Source of the DNA: the human T2T-CHM13v2.0 reference genome, Homo sapiens
Length of the DNA: 64,000 nucleotides
Direction: 5' to 3' (one strand)
NCBI RefSeq assembly: GCF_009914755.1
Contig: NC_060928.1
Within the stretch, counting starts at the first letter, position 1. Each line of letters begins with the position of its first letter. Made by a program: the position numbers and the translations under genes. Under the pieces are notes generated by a model. That model saw only the letters and a list, made by a program, of their open reading frames with translations. It searched no databases and had not been told where the DNA came from. Of this stretch, positions 41,425 through 56,246 are shown piece by piece.

Positions 41425-41811
41425 ATTTCAACAATTCTTCTAAAAAGATAAAACTATCCCTTTTTCAACAATAACAACAAAATTTTTTACCACTCTGAAC
41501 AACTGACTTCATGATGTAAATTATAAAATGTATTTTAAAATTTGTAAACTGAAATAATAAAAAGAGATAATGCTAGAGCAGATTAAATAAAACCCTGAAA
41601 ATAAGGCTATTTATGTGTTGTTTACATCAAATCCACTTAAGTATAAAAGTCCAGATAAGTTCAAAGTAAAGGAGTAGAGAAAAACATGCCATGCTAACAC
41701 TAATTAATAAAAGAGGGCTGAAACATATATATTAATTTTAGACAAAACGGTATTTAGAATATGAAAAATTGTAAGAGATAAATTCATTGTATAATGAATA
41801 GAGGTCAACTC

Positions 41812-42590
41812 TGATGTCTCAGAAAAACTCTCAAACAATGTTTTTTCTCTACTCTCACACCACCCAAACAATCATCAACAGAGAAGAAGACTCTTGTCTT
41901 CCCACACACGGAGCAGCGCACACCAGCTGAATGTCCTCCAATTCAATGCCAACACTACTTACTGGGAGATAGTGACATATCCCACAGGTTGAAGTGCTCA
42001 GTACCCAAGACTACACCCAACAACCCAGACACCAGTCACAAGTCTGAGCCTCCAGAACTTCTGACCAACCAGCTTCGAGTTGGGGTTCCCAAGGCCACCT
42101 GTTTGGGTTTGATTAATTAGCTGGCTCACAGAACTCAGGGAAACACTTACTTACTTTCACCAGTTTATTATAGAGGATATTACAAAGGATACGGGTGAGG
42201 TATAGGGGATAAGACATGAAGCTTCTATGCCCTCCTTGGGTGCGCCATTCTCCAGGGACCTTCATTTGTTCAGCTATCTGCAAGTTTTCTGAACTCAGTC
42301 CTCTTGGGTTTTCATGGAAGCTTCTCAATATCTGTATTTCTTCCCCCAGGGTATAGAGTGGGGCTGTCTCTGGGAAGGACATTAATACCTACAGTGAGAA
42401 AGCTGGAGGAAGATTAGAATCCTACCTTAGGGCAGGTGAAAGGAAGTCAGGAGAAAGTAAGAGAGATTCTATTTCCTGAGGCCCGTCCCTGAGGACTAAC
42501 ACACCCAACATTAATACAAAAGACTGTAACAAAGGCTGTGCAAGTTATAAACCAAAACCTGTGGACAAAAATGAAAACAAAGAGTTATTA
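41812..42590 (-). mobile_element. MER21-group solo LTR inserted in L1
   Basis: GC-richer block with MER21-type motifs (tcccacaggttgaagtgctcagtacccaagact; ctcacagaactcagggaaacacttac). Confidence 0.7.
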
Positions 42591-43178
42591 TATTAAATGC
42601 ATATACTTAAAGAAATAAAGATAATAGAACAATAACAAAAGATTATATTTCAGTAAACTGGAGAAAGAAGAATAATTTAAGTCTGAGGCAAGCAAAATAA
42701 AATAATAAAAATTGGAGCATAAATCGATAAAGTTGAAAACAGAAAGCAATAAAGAAAATTAGTAAAATTAAAAGCTAATATTTAAAAAGACTAATAAAAT
42801 TGATAAACTTCTAGCTATGCTAACAAAAGGAGGGAGAGTGAAAAAAAAAGGAGCAAGAAAGAAAAAAGAGAGAGAGAGAGAAAGACATAAATTACCATAA
42901 TCAGAAATAAAACAGCCCTTATCACTATTGCCATGGACATTAAAGGGATAATAAGCAAATATTACAAGTTACTCCATGCCCCAAAACTTGATAACCTACA
43001 TGAAACACACCAATTTTTCTGAAAGCCTGCAAATTACCAAACTCACTCAGGGAGAAAAATATAATTAAATATCTTCGTATCTACTCAAAATATAAGTAAC
43101 AATTAAAACTATTCAAAGAAAGAAAACTTATGACTAAATGATTTTGTGGGTGAATTCTACCACACATTTAAGGAGAAA

Positions 43179-43179
<1 letters not shown>

Positions 43180-43212
<33 letters not shown>
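43180..43212. repeat. (AC)n microsatellite
   Basis: Visible run. Confidence 0.95.
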
Positions 43213-43214
<2 letters not shown>

Positions 43215-45449
43215 CCCACTTCAGTTTATAAGCCAGCATTAACTACAACACAAAATCAGAAAAAGTCATTACAAAAAAAAAAAAAAATCAGACCAATATT
43301 CCTCATAAACAAACAAATTCTCAGGAAAATATTAGAAGAACAAATGTAGTGATATACAAAATGGGTAGTACATCATATCCAAGGAATGTTAATCCCAGTA
43401 ATACAAGACTGGTTCAACATTTATAAAACAATCAAAGCCATTCATCATATCAACAGACTGAATAAGAAAAAAGATTATATCAATAGATGCCGCAAAATCT
43501 CCCAACAATATTTATTGCATATTCTTGATAGACAATTTCTCAAAAACTAGGAGTAAAAGGGAACTACTTATTATAAAAAATAATATATTAAAAACCTACA
43601 GACAACAAAAATTGTACATAATGATGAAAGCCTAAACTCTTTACCTTAATATCAGGAAAAAGGTAAGGATGTACTCTCTTGTTATTCCTATTCAACATTA
43701 TACTGGAATATATAGCTAGTACAGTAGGAAAAGTAAAATGATATAAAAATATAAAATATATAAATTGTAAATAAATAAATAAAGCTCTATTCATCAATGG
43801 CATGGTTTTCTATGTTGAAAAGCTCAAAGAACTTAGATGAGAAAAAAAAAACCTGGCTCTAATGAGAGAGTCTTTAGAAGGTCACAGGATAGAATTCAAT
43901 ATACAAAAAGTCAATTGCTTTCCATTTCCAACAATAAGCAGAATTTTAAACTGCAAAGCAATAACATATACAATGGCAACCAAAAGTGAAGCTTAGGTAT
44001 GAATCTAACAAAATGTTTATGGAATCCGTATGTCACAAACTGTAAAATGTTAATGAAAGACTCCAAATATCTAATGAAATGGAAAGGTTTTTGTGGTCAT
44101 AGATTAGAAGAACCAATATTGTTAAAATGTCAGTTTGATTTATAGACTCAACACAAACCCAACTGCAATAAAAAAGCTATTTTTATATATTAGCAAATTG
44201 ATTTGAAAATTTATATGAAAAGGTAAGTGACTTGGAATAAGACACAGAATATTAATAAAAAACAAAGTTAGAATACTTACACCACAAAAATTTCAAGACT
44301 TACAATGAATCTACAGTAACAAAGACAGTGTGGTATTGGAGAAAGTATAGATCTATATATTAATGGAACAAAACATGGATCCCTGAAATAAACCCACACA
44401 AGCATAGTCAACTAATCTTTGACAAAGAAACAAAGGTAGTTCAGTGAAAAAAGAATAGTGTTTCCAACAACAAATGACTCTCAAAAATGACTCGCACAAA
44501 AATTAATTCAAAGTGGAATCTACATGTAAAACACAAAACTATCAAACTACCAAAAGAAACACAGAACACCTACATAACCTTAGGTTTGGTGATGAGTTTT
44601 TAGTTACCACATCACAGGCAAAATCCATAAAGTAAGTATTTATATGTTGTTATTGATATCTATGAAAAATATTTGAAAATAATGCAATTAAAAACACCTT
44701 ACAAGAGAAAAAGATATATTATGAAATCACACCTGCTAAGCATTAATCCACTCTGAAATTGCCAGATTCAAATACAAATATACTTCTGAAAAGAAACAGA
44801 AAGTGCCAAAACAAAGTTTTTTTATATAGGTTTGTAACATTTAGATTACAATGGAAAAAGAATACATCAATTTCCTATCCATAAATTAGACCCCATCATA
44901 TGTTATGAACAAAAAATTTACTCCAGGAGAACTAAAAAGTCAATAATTATTCTACAGAAAAATATATGTGAAGTTTTCCAACCTAAGAAGATTAGGGAAA
45001 ACCTTCTTAAGCAAATAAAAACAGGAAATATTAAAGCCATGGAAACTATTAAAGTTTTTAATAAAAAATTAAAGAACAATTGATAACCTTTGGGAAACTT
45101 TTGAAAAGTATACAATAGAGAAAAGACTAACAATTCAAACTATGTATAGAACTCCTAGCAAATAGAGACAATCAAATTAATGAGAACTTGGCAAAAGATA
45201 TGTGACTATTTCAATAAAAATAAATAGAAATGGCTACAAAATGTATTAAAAGTAGAATTATCTTACTAGAATTCAAGGACATACCCACTAAACCAGTGAA
45301 TTTTAACTATTTTTTTCTGAAAGATTTACAACATTTAAAAAATAAAATAGTATTGGCAAGGTTGCAAAGACATACATCCTCTCAAAAACAGTAAAAATAT
45401 AAATTATCATGACCTTCTGGATGGCCACTTGACAAGATCTATGCAATTT

Positions 45450-46480
45450 AAAAAATATTTTGTTATTTTAGAACTTTTATACTTGCAGAAAGGTTTTGAA
45501 ACTAATACAGTGAATTTATATATATTCCTCATTCAGAGTCCCCTATTGCTAACAAATTGCATTAGTATTGTAGGCTTTTCACAAATAATAACAAGTCCAT
45601 ACCTGTTTACAATCTATAAGGTTTTTCCTAATGTCCCTTTTTGTTTCCTGGATCCCATTCATGATACCACAATACATTTATTCATAACGTTTCTTTAGGT
45701 TTCTCTAGACTGTAACAGTTACTCTAGTTTTACTTATTTTTTATGTCCCTGATCCATGTGAGAAATATTTGTTAAGTATTTTTTAGAATATACCTCAGTT
45801 GGGTTTGTCTGATGTATTTTGTGATTATACTGGGGATATGGGTTTTTAGGCAGAGGAGTCGAGAGGTAAAGTGCCAATCTCATCACATCACCTCAAGGAT
45901 ATATGTTACTGACCTGACTTGTGATGTTGACTTTGATGGCCTGGCTGAAATAATTTTGTCAGGTTTCTCCACTGTAGAATTGATCCTTTGTTTTTTTTCT
46001 ATACTGGACTTTTTAGAAAGAAGTCCCTACACACACACAGCCCATGCTGAAGAGAGAGTGTTGTTCCTCTTTTTTGAGAGGGATGTATCTACAGAAATTA
46101 GGTGGATTTTTTCTGTATGGACAGTTTGTCTACTTATTTATTCAGGCATTTACTAATATCAGTACAGACTTTGGGTTATAATCCAATACTATGTTTTTAT
46201 ATCATTTCTCAAATTCATCTAAGAATGGAGAATGTTTTCATTTGGTTCCTGTGTTCTTTTGACATATCTTCATCATTGTGGGTTTTGATTAAGTATTTCT
46301 TTACTTTCTGGCTCATCTTAACTATTCCCTTTTTTAGTCTAGAATCAGTCATTTCTCCAAGAAATTCTAGTTCCTATTATTGGAAAATGATATTAGATAA
46401 CAAAACCTGAGTTCAAACGTTAGTTGCTACTGAGGTGTCCTTGTTTCTAGACCCTCTCAACTGAAAGAGCAAGGAAAACA
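45450..46480 (-). mobile_element. L1MC(3/4-like) 3' region
   Basis: aagtgccaatctcatcacatca...; ctagaccctctcaactgaaagagcaaggaaa. Confidence 0.75.
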
Positions 46481-46750
46481 TGTATGTATGTATGTATGTA
46501 TGTGTGTATATATATATACACACACATATATATATTATATATATACGTATATATACTATCCCATCTACCTATATATATACACATATATATACTATATATA
46601 CACTATCATATATAAGTATAGATATACGATCCCATCTACTTCTATATATAGAGACATATATATATACACTTTCCCATCTACTTCACATATATATATACAC
46701 ACTATATACATATATATACACACTATATACATATATATATATATATATTA
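46480..46750. repeat. Compound (TATG)n/(TA)n/(TACA)n tract with three cccatctac units
   Basis: Visible in sequence. Confidence 0.9.
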
Positions 46751-48508
46751 TGTGATTTGAATGGGGACACAGCCAAACCATATCACTGATCTTGTAATAT
46801 TTAAATGCTTACAAAGAATATTTTATTTAAAATCCACTTAAAATTTTTTATTAGTAAACTATAAAGATATTGAGAATAATAGTGGAATATTTGTTTGAAT
46901 GTCTTCAACTGTTTTAATACGCTAATTTAGAATATGTTGTGGAAAGTCATATTTACATGTGCCATTCTAGTATAAATTCCAAACCTCTTTATCACATTAT
47001 AATTAAATTACATCTATCAAAATTGAAGAAACAAGAAGTTATCTGAAATCTTTATCCACAATGTCTTACCAGGCAAGAACTAGTGAACTTATTGTGAGAG
47101 AAAAGAGTTGGGGCAGACTTGGAGAATCCCTAGATGTTAATCTACAGATTTTTTTTTAATTAACTCTTAAAATAAAATTTGAGATTTTGTTTGAAATCTA
47201 AAGAAAATGGTAAGTATTAGGATGAAGCTGCCTGTAGCCTTTTATAGCTTTTTATCCTTTATGACTGCTCTGTTTCCTGCAGTGTATCTGTGAAGCACAG
47301 AACAAGTACATAGCAGATGATTACACTAAGGCACCAAAGTCACTGGAGTGTGAGATAATCTTCAGCGCTGAGAATTAGTGTCTCATGCAACCAAGCAAAG
47401 AACCAAAAAGGAGCTGTTTCTTCAGTAGAGTTTAACATCTAAGATACACCTGAAGCCATAGCTCTTTATAACTGCTGAAATCCATACCTTTGACCATTTG
47501 GTTATGTATTAGTAAAGGTTATCTTTTTCTCTCTCTCACTGATGCTTGCTCAGTTAGTAAAATGTAATTCTCAATATATGTGCACAACACTTAAATAGTG
47601 TAACTTTACATATTTGCAATTTCATGCAAAGATTAAGCAAACAAGATGGCTCTTTATTAAACCTTTGAAATACATAGGCTGAAATCTAATTGGGCTTAGA
47701 TATTTTCACATTTGCAGACAAGATGTGTTTAAGGAAATAAGTGTCCAACATATAGAGAAGCACCATAGGATATAGAAGAAGCTTATAATGGAACAAGTAA
47801 GGATATATTTACAGGGGATTTATATTTTCATTTGAAGGTTATGTTGAATAGGATAATTTACTTAGGATCAAAAGTTGTATGGCATGTGGGTTCTTGGTAT
47901 GAAAAGTAATTTTCATTTTAATGTCCAATAGTATATTTTACTCAGGCTAGTTTAAAGTGAAAGGATGTCTTGATGCTACTTATGGAATATTGCAAATTTT
48001 AATTTGTACATTCACTTTTCTATGTTAACTAAACCACAACAAACACAACCAATGGATCCTGCATTGCTATTTTGTAACCTTATTGGTTATTACATTTTAG
48101 GTCGGTGAAGTCATGTAACTTTACCACTATTATGTCTAAGCCAATGGTAGTAAATATGCTTGCAACCTATAATTAATATACCAATCATAAATTACACATT
48201 TATGTTTATGAAAGTTTACCTCATCCAAATACCCTCTGTGCTTGCTTTGAAAGAATTCACCTCTATGTTTGTATAGACATATAGACAGAGACACTGAATA
48301 TTTTACAGCTAAACATTATATAAATCATTATGATGAAAAACATCAAATTTTTCTCAATAAACAACTATATGTATATACTTTGTATCTATAAACTTTAAGT
48401 CATCTCTACTTAGCATTTATTTGGGAAAAACATCATAGAGCAATCTTTCCAATAATATATTTTCAAAAAGTAAGTTAAAAATGAAATTGAGATGTCATTT
48501 AGAAATTG

Positions 48509-48810
48509 GGCTGAGTGCAATCACCCCTGTAATCTCAGTATTTTGAGAGGTTGAAGCAGAAAGATTGCTTCAGCCCAGGAGTTCAAAACTATCCTGGAAA
48601 ACATAAGGAGGCTCTCATCACTAAAAAAATAAATAAATAAATAAATAAATAAGAATAAATTAAATTGATTGGGTGTGATCATGTGTACCTGTGGTCTTGG
48701 TAAGAGGATCGCTTTAGCCTGAGAGGTCAAGGCTGCAGTTAGCTGCGATCACGCCACCACACTCCACCCTGAGTGACAAAGTGAGATCGTGCCTTAAAAA
48801 AAAAAAAAAG
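48509..48810 (+). mobile_element. AluJ with internal deletions and a (TAAA)n linker
   Basis: Degenerate dimer with poly-A tail. Confidence 0.85.
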
Positions 48811-49706
48811 GAAAAAAGATTAACAGATTAATTTTAAAAAGCAATAAGCTAAAAAATCATATTTGAGAATTAATAGGCTGAGAGGTTTGAAGGTAAGGTG
48901 CTATACAGCACATCTACTCATGATCACACAATTCAAATTCACAAATACTGAATGCATTCAATTTATTACAATGAAATTGAAACCTGTTTTTATCCCCCAT
49001 AATTCAAAATGTACATCATTATAAATCTAACAATGAGGCAATTTATCTCTTTTTTCTACTAATTATAAAAAAATAAATTTCTCTTCAGAACTTCCAGTAT
49101 GTTCATCTTGCTAGGGTATGCTAAGATCATACTCTAGGCAGGTTATTTAGAAATACACTGACTTTATTTTTTCTAGTTTCCTGCTGTCTTTGCAAATATG
49201 CCTCTGACTTATAATGTCTGTGTGGCATTTTCACAACATGAGTTTTCATTGTACATAGTTTCAGGCATTAAAGCATCAAGCCAAGAATTATTAGAGATGT
49301 TAGGAAGCATTAAAACACCTGCCATTTCAAACTGTCTTTGGATAATACAAACTGAATCTGCTTTGTGTTTATAACTGACCCATTAATTATGTACTAGAAA
49401 TTCCAAGCAAAATCCCTGCTGTTTTCAGAATTGAGAACTCAATGCTTATTGGTCTTGCAAGAACTGCCAAGTGATAATAAAAAATGATTTAAAGAGATAT
49501 GAAAACAAATTATTCATGCTGTTTGAAGCTCTATTTCAGAATTGATGAGTAATGTATTATGTAACGACAGAAAATATTTTACCTCTAACTATGCTGATTA
49601 TCAGATAAAATATCTGTTTTTATTACATCTTGATTTAGATTTTCTCTAGTACCTAAACTATTGACATGCTAGAGATTTTTTTTGTAAATAACATTGTCAT
49701 ATTTTG

Positions 49707-50776
49707 TATTGGGGAACCTGCCCCGATATTCACGTAGTTTCTTTTCTATTTTCCTTAAGCGTTGGCCAGCTTGAGAAATAAAGGGACAGAGTACAAAAGA
49801 GAGAAATTTTAAAGCTGGGCGTCCGGGGGAGATATCATATGTCGGTATGTTCCGTGATGCCCCACAAGCCGCAAAAACCAGCAAGTTTTTATTAGGGAGT
49901 TTCAAAAGGGGAGGGAGTGTGCGAATAGGTGTGGGTCACAGACATCAAGTACTTTACAAGGTAATAGAATATTACAAGGCAAATGGAGGCAGGGCAAGAT
50001 CACAGGACCACAGGACCCAGGCAAAATTAAAATTGCTAATGAATTTTCGGGCACCATTGTCATTGATAACATCTTATCAGGAGACAGGGTTTTTGAGATC
50101 AACTGGTCTGACCAAAATTTGTTAGGCGGGAATTTCCCCTTCCTAATAAGCCTGGGAGCGCTATGGGAGACTGGAGTCTATTTCACCTCTGCAGTCTCGA
50201 CCATAAGAGACGACCACGCCCAGGGGTGCCAGTTCAGAGACCCACCCCCAGGTGCGCATTCTCTTTCTCAGGGATGTTCCATGCTGAGAAAAAGAATTCA
50301 GTGATATTTCTCCCATTTGCTTTTGAAAGAAGAGAAATATGGCTCTGTTCCACCGGCTTACTGGCAGTCAGAGTTTAAGGTTATCTCTCTTATTCCCTGA
50401 ACAATTGCTGTTATCCTGTTCTTTTTTCAAGGTGCCCACATTTCATATTGCTCAAACACACATGCTGTACAATTTGTGCAGTTAATGCAATTATTACAGG
50501 GTCCTGAGGCAACATACATCCTCCTCAACTGAGAGGATTAAGAGATTAAAGTAAAGACAGGCATAGGAAATCACGAGGGCATTGATTGGGGAAGTGATAA
50601 GTGTCCATGAAATCTTTACATTTTATGTTTAGAGATTGCAGAAAAGACAGGCATAAGAAATTATAAAAGTATTAATTTGGGGAACTAATAAATGTCCATG
50701 AAATCTTCACAATCCACATTCTTCTGCCATGGCTTCAGCCGGTCCCTCCGTTTGGGGTCCCGGACTTCCTGCAACA
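49707..50776 (-). mobile_element. MER11 (HERV-K11/HML-8) solo LTR
   Basis: ~1070 bp; minus-strand start tgttgcaggaagtccgggaccccaaacggagggaccggctgaagcc; internal ~90-bp repeats; 6-bp TSD attttg/atttta. Confidence 0.93.
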
Positions 50777-51388
50777 ATTTTAGACTAATATCGCTCAATA
50801 AATTATATCATATTTTTAAATTTAATTACCTGCAAAAACATGAGAAGTTCATGTCCCCATACTTATAAGTAGTATAAATCTAGGAAGAAAGTTGGGTTTT
50901 TCAAAATTAATAATCAACTTTTTGTGTACTTGATTCTCTCATGAAAAATTACAATTGGAAATATAATATGGTTAAATTTAAATGTGAATGAGCCTAGAGG
51001 AAGAAGGATTGTGACGGGGAAGATGACATGCTACCCATATTTTACTACAAAGTGCGACTTTTTGCCTCAAATGCTGGGAGTGCTGTCAGCAGGTAGTCTC
51101 TGCCCCTAAGCTCCTTCAGGCAATGCCTCAGCTGCAGAGTCATGTGCTTTTTGAGGTCCATGCATCTCATAACTGATTAAATAAGGCTACAAAGCCTGGA
51201 AACTTTGGCCCAATACAGCACAACTCTGGTGGTTAAAACTGCTTCAAAGCTACTCCTGGGGCAATCTAAGGTTATCCTTCAGGCCCGCAATGCAGCAATT
51301 TGTATTCTCCTTCTTTCCAATCCCACTTCTTTTCATTCCCTTCCACATATTTTGATTCCAAAGACATTTCAAGCAATAACTTCCACAC

Positions 51389-51758
51389 TTTTATGGGCTG
51401 AATTGTGTCCTTCTTGAATTCATATGTTGAAGCTTTAACTCCAGTACCTCAGAATGTGACTGTCTTTGGACATATGTCTTTTAAACAGGTAACTAAATTG
51501 AAATGAGACCATTAGTGTGGGGCCCAATTCAATTTTACTAATGGCCTTATAAGGAGAAATTAGGATGCATAGAGAAACAGCTGTGGTGCCACATGAACAG
51601 AAGAGAGGATGCAGTGAGAAAGTGGCCATCTGCAAGCCAAGACAGAGGCCTCTGGAGAAACCAGCCCAGCCAGTTCCAGAACTATAATACAATAAATTTC
51701 TGTTGTTTAATGCACCTAGTCTGTGGTATTTGTTATGATGTGGTATTAAACTAATGTA
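51389..51758 (+). mobile_element. MLT1B-like solo LTR
   Basis: ttatgggctgaattgtgtcc...tacctcagaatgtgactgt; TSD cacac/cacat. Confidence 0.85.
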
Positions 51759-53178
51759 CACATTATACTTCATTGTAGTGCCTGTCATAAAAGCTAATCT
51801 GCAAACATTTGTGCCAAAGGTGGTCTGGGAAAGCACGTGATAAGATGGGGTGTTAGATCTAGATTATGCACTACCCTTAGCAGTGAGCCCCTCATCATTG
51901 TTAGCAGGCTGATCTCAGACAGACCTTCACAAAACGTGATATTCTAATTGTAAAACTTTACTGAGTATGAATTGTCATAGCACACCTGTGCAGAAGAATG
52001 CACTAGCTGGTATAGATTTATCAATTGTTTGAAAAATGTGGGGGAAATAGTAATTGCAAAGAAAATGGAATTGAGTGTCTTTTGCTAAGTTTCACTGAAC
52101 TCTAGGCAAAGATAACAAAAGGCTGAGAGAGATTAATAGGCAAATGAAAACCTATGTGAAAACCAAAGAGTTCTCTTGACAATTTAAGAAGAGGCTTTTA
52201 TCTCATGTAGCTGAAGGGCAGAAAAAGCCTAGGGATTAGCCCTAATCATCAGAGTAGCTGAATTCCAAAGAAATTTAAACTCTCAAAAAAAGTTATTTTT
52301 CTTATGCCAATGTACAAAGTCTGCTTGGAAAATAAAGGGACTCAAACATATGGCATGGTGCTATCTGAGTTGTCCCTCAAAATTGTAATTTCTCATGTAT
52401 CTTCAGTCCCTAGAAAAGTGGCTCAACTCTCCACTTAAGACTCAAAAACCTCTTTTCCTAAGTAAACTGAAGAATGTCTTCTCTACTGTGAGACAATATA
52501 TGTCCCTCTAAGGAACTGACCCTATCCCCACTCTTGGTCATTAGGCTTGTAACGAGGGAGAAGTTGCAGCTTTATGCAACTGGGGACATACTGAACTCAA
52601 TGAGGGTTTGGGAAAGAAGTATTACAAAACCGCTGCAAAACCTAGCTAGCATGGGTTATCATGAGCACCGAGAGTATGCATGGAACTAAATTTTGAGGGT
52701 ATTTAACCTAGGAGGTTGGAACAGAAATGTGGGTGAGGGAGAATTCATTAATTTAGGAGCCCTCTTCTGAGATATAAGATTATCACTCTGGCAAGGGTTC
52801 CATGAGGTAGTGTAAATTTGTTGCTATCATGGCCCCAAGAAGCATGGAAAATGTTGAGTAAGCCAGAATTTTTACGAATACTGAAGGAATGGAAGGTTCA
52901 GTCCATGTTAGAGTACGTGTTAAGGCAGAAAAGCCACCAGGCAATAATGTCACATGGGAAGCCCCAAGATATAAGCCAAAATAAGGCCCTAATAAAAGGG
53001 GTTCAAATCATTATTTTAGCAATGCTTCTCCTTTATAAGCCGTGGTTAATTACAAAGGAGGCCATTAGAGAAGTTGGTTCATTTATAACAAAAAGGATGA
53101 GAGGATACTGAAACAACAGAGGTCATGTGGAGGTGCTTACCCGTTATATACAAGGTCAGAGTAGCAGCCAAAAGTGCC

Positions 53179-53626
53179 CGTATTAGAGTTCCCCATAGAA
53201 ACAGAACCAAAAGGATGTGTGTGTACATGTGTGTGTATACACACATATAAATTTCTGCATTTATATCTAGCCATATATACAGCTACAGACAGAAATTTAT
53301 TTTAAGGAATTGGCTCCTGCTATTATTATAGCTAGAAAGTCTGAAATTTTTAGGGCTGGTTGGTAGGCTGGAAACTCCAGCTAGAGTTAATGTTACATTC
53401 CTGGGTCTGAAAGCAAAATTCTTTCCACTTGGGGAGACATCAGTCTTTTAACTGGTTGGATGCGGTCCAACTACATTAAAGAGAATAATCTCATTTACTC
53501 AAGGTACACTCATTTAAAAATTAATCACATCTCAAAAATACCTTCATAGCAATATCTCAATCAGTGTTTCACCAAACACTGTACATGAAAGCCTAGCCAA
53601 TTTAACACATGAAATCAACCATCACA
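53179..53626 (-). mobile_element. MLT2 (D-like) LTR
   Basis: gtattagagttccccatagaaacagaaccaa...atttattttaaggaattggctc...aaccatcaca. Confidence 0.85.
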
Positions 53627-54304
53627 GGGCTCAAGGAAAAAGAAGATAATGGAGATGGTTAATCAGGACAAAATTGATGGCAGCCAGAAAGTGTTATTAC
53701 TCAGCTTCTAACATCAGAAGAAACTAAACAAAACTGATAGGAGGCCAAAGATAGTTAATCCAATGGCAGATCATGATCCCTTGCCTAGTGTTCCTGTCCT
53801 TATCTGTTTTCAAACTGAAAGAATAAAGTACTCTATAGTACCATTGCAAGTGCACATGGTATTCAGGTAATGAAATGGAATCCTCAGCAAAGTCAGCTCA
53901 CAGTGGGTTCACTAAATCTATAGGCACTGTCAGTGGCTATTTCCCTGGTCACCAAGTATGTAATTAGTATAATATACTTTTTACCGTACTTGGACCCCAC
54001 ATTGGGTTCCTGGCTCCTTGGGTAAGACCTATAAAGTGGAGTAGAAAAACTGAAAAGCCTCCTAAACAGCCCCCATATTAGATTTTTATGCGAAGTTTGA
54101 TGCAGGGTATCATTGGTGCAAAACCTAAGATGAATAGTCAACAGAAAATGAAACCTTAATTCAGATTGTGATATTATTGAAAGCTGATAACTTTGTGTGG
54201 CAAAAAACACGTTTACTTTTTATTAGAAAAATGAAAACTATATAAAAAACTCAATTGATAGTAAAAATTAAAAATAGTAACTTGGAATAATATGTGAAAA
54301 TTAA

Positions 54305-54307
<3 letters not shown>

Positions 54308-54341
<34 letters not shown>
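54308..54341. repeat. (AC)n microsatellite
   Basis: Visible run. Confidence 0.95.
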
Positions 54342-54344
<3 letters not shown>

Positions 54345-54566
54345 GAAACCCACATGAAGATGGAGTTATGCTGTCACAAACCAAGGAACCATCAGAAGCT
54401 AGGAGAGAAAACTGGAACAGATCCTTCCCCGGTGCCTTTGGAGGAAGAGCAGCCCTGAAGTCACTTTGATCTCAGACTTCAAGCCTTCAGTTGTGAGACA
54501 ATGCAATTTTGTTTAGTAAGCCACTTTGTTTTGGTACTTTCTTAAGACAGTCCTAGAAAACCAATA
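54342..54566 (+). mobile_element. MLT1B/C LTR 3' half
   Basis: atggagttatgctgtcacaaaccaaggaa...cagaagctaggagaga. Confidence 0.8.
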
Positions 54567-54599
54567 AAGCTACTCAATGACAGCAAGAGAATAGTGAAA

Positions 54600-56246
<1,647 letters not shown>

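Larger units (their letters stand above)
41560..45430 (+). mobile_element. Old L1M ORF2 fragments with internal deletions
   Basis: Collinear A-rich ORF2 sequence (ggtgaattctaccacacatttaagg; aagacagtgtggtattgg; caactaatctttgacaaag). Confidence 0.82.
51010..53880 (+). mobile_element. ERVL relic: LTR16(C-like) LTR 51010-51388 plus ERV3-16A3-like internal sequence from ~51790
   Basis: gctgggagtgctg...tgcctcagctg...ggcccaa LTR16 motifs; internal start tgtgccaaaggtggtctgggaaagca. Confidence 0.68.

Noticed and set aside
46480-46760. Tyr/Ile-rich ORFs (also 5938-6126 and 23649-23898)
   Set aside because: Artefacts of TA/CA microsatellites lacking stop codons
50500-50720. ~90-bp tandem repeat as a novel array
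   Set aside because: It is an intrinsic part of the MER11 LTR
52818-53111. 97-aa ORF as a gag-derived host gene
   Set aside because: Lies in a heavily degraded ERVL internal relic with stops in the flanking sequence and a non-ATG start
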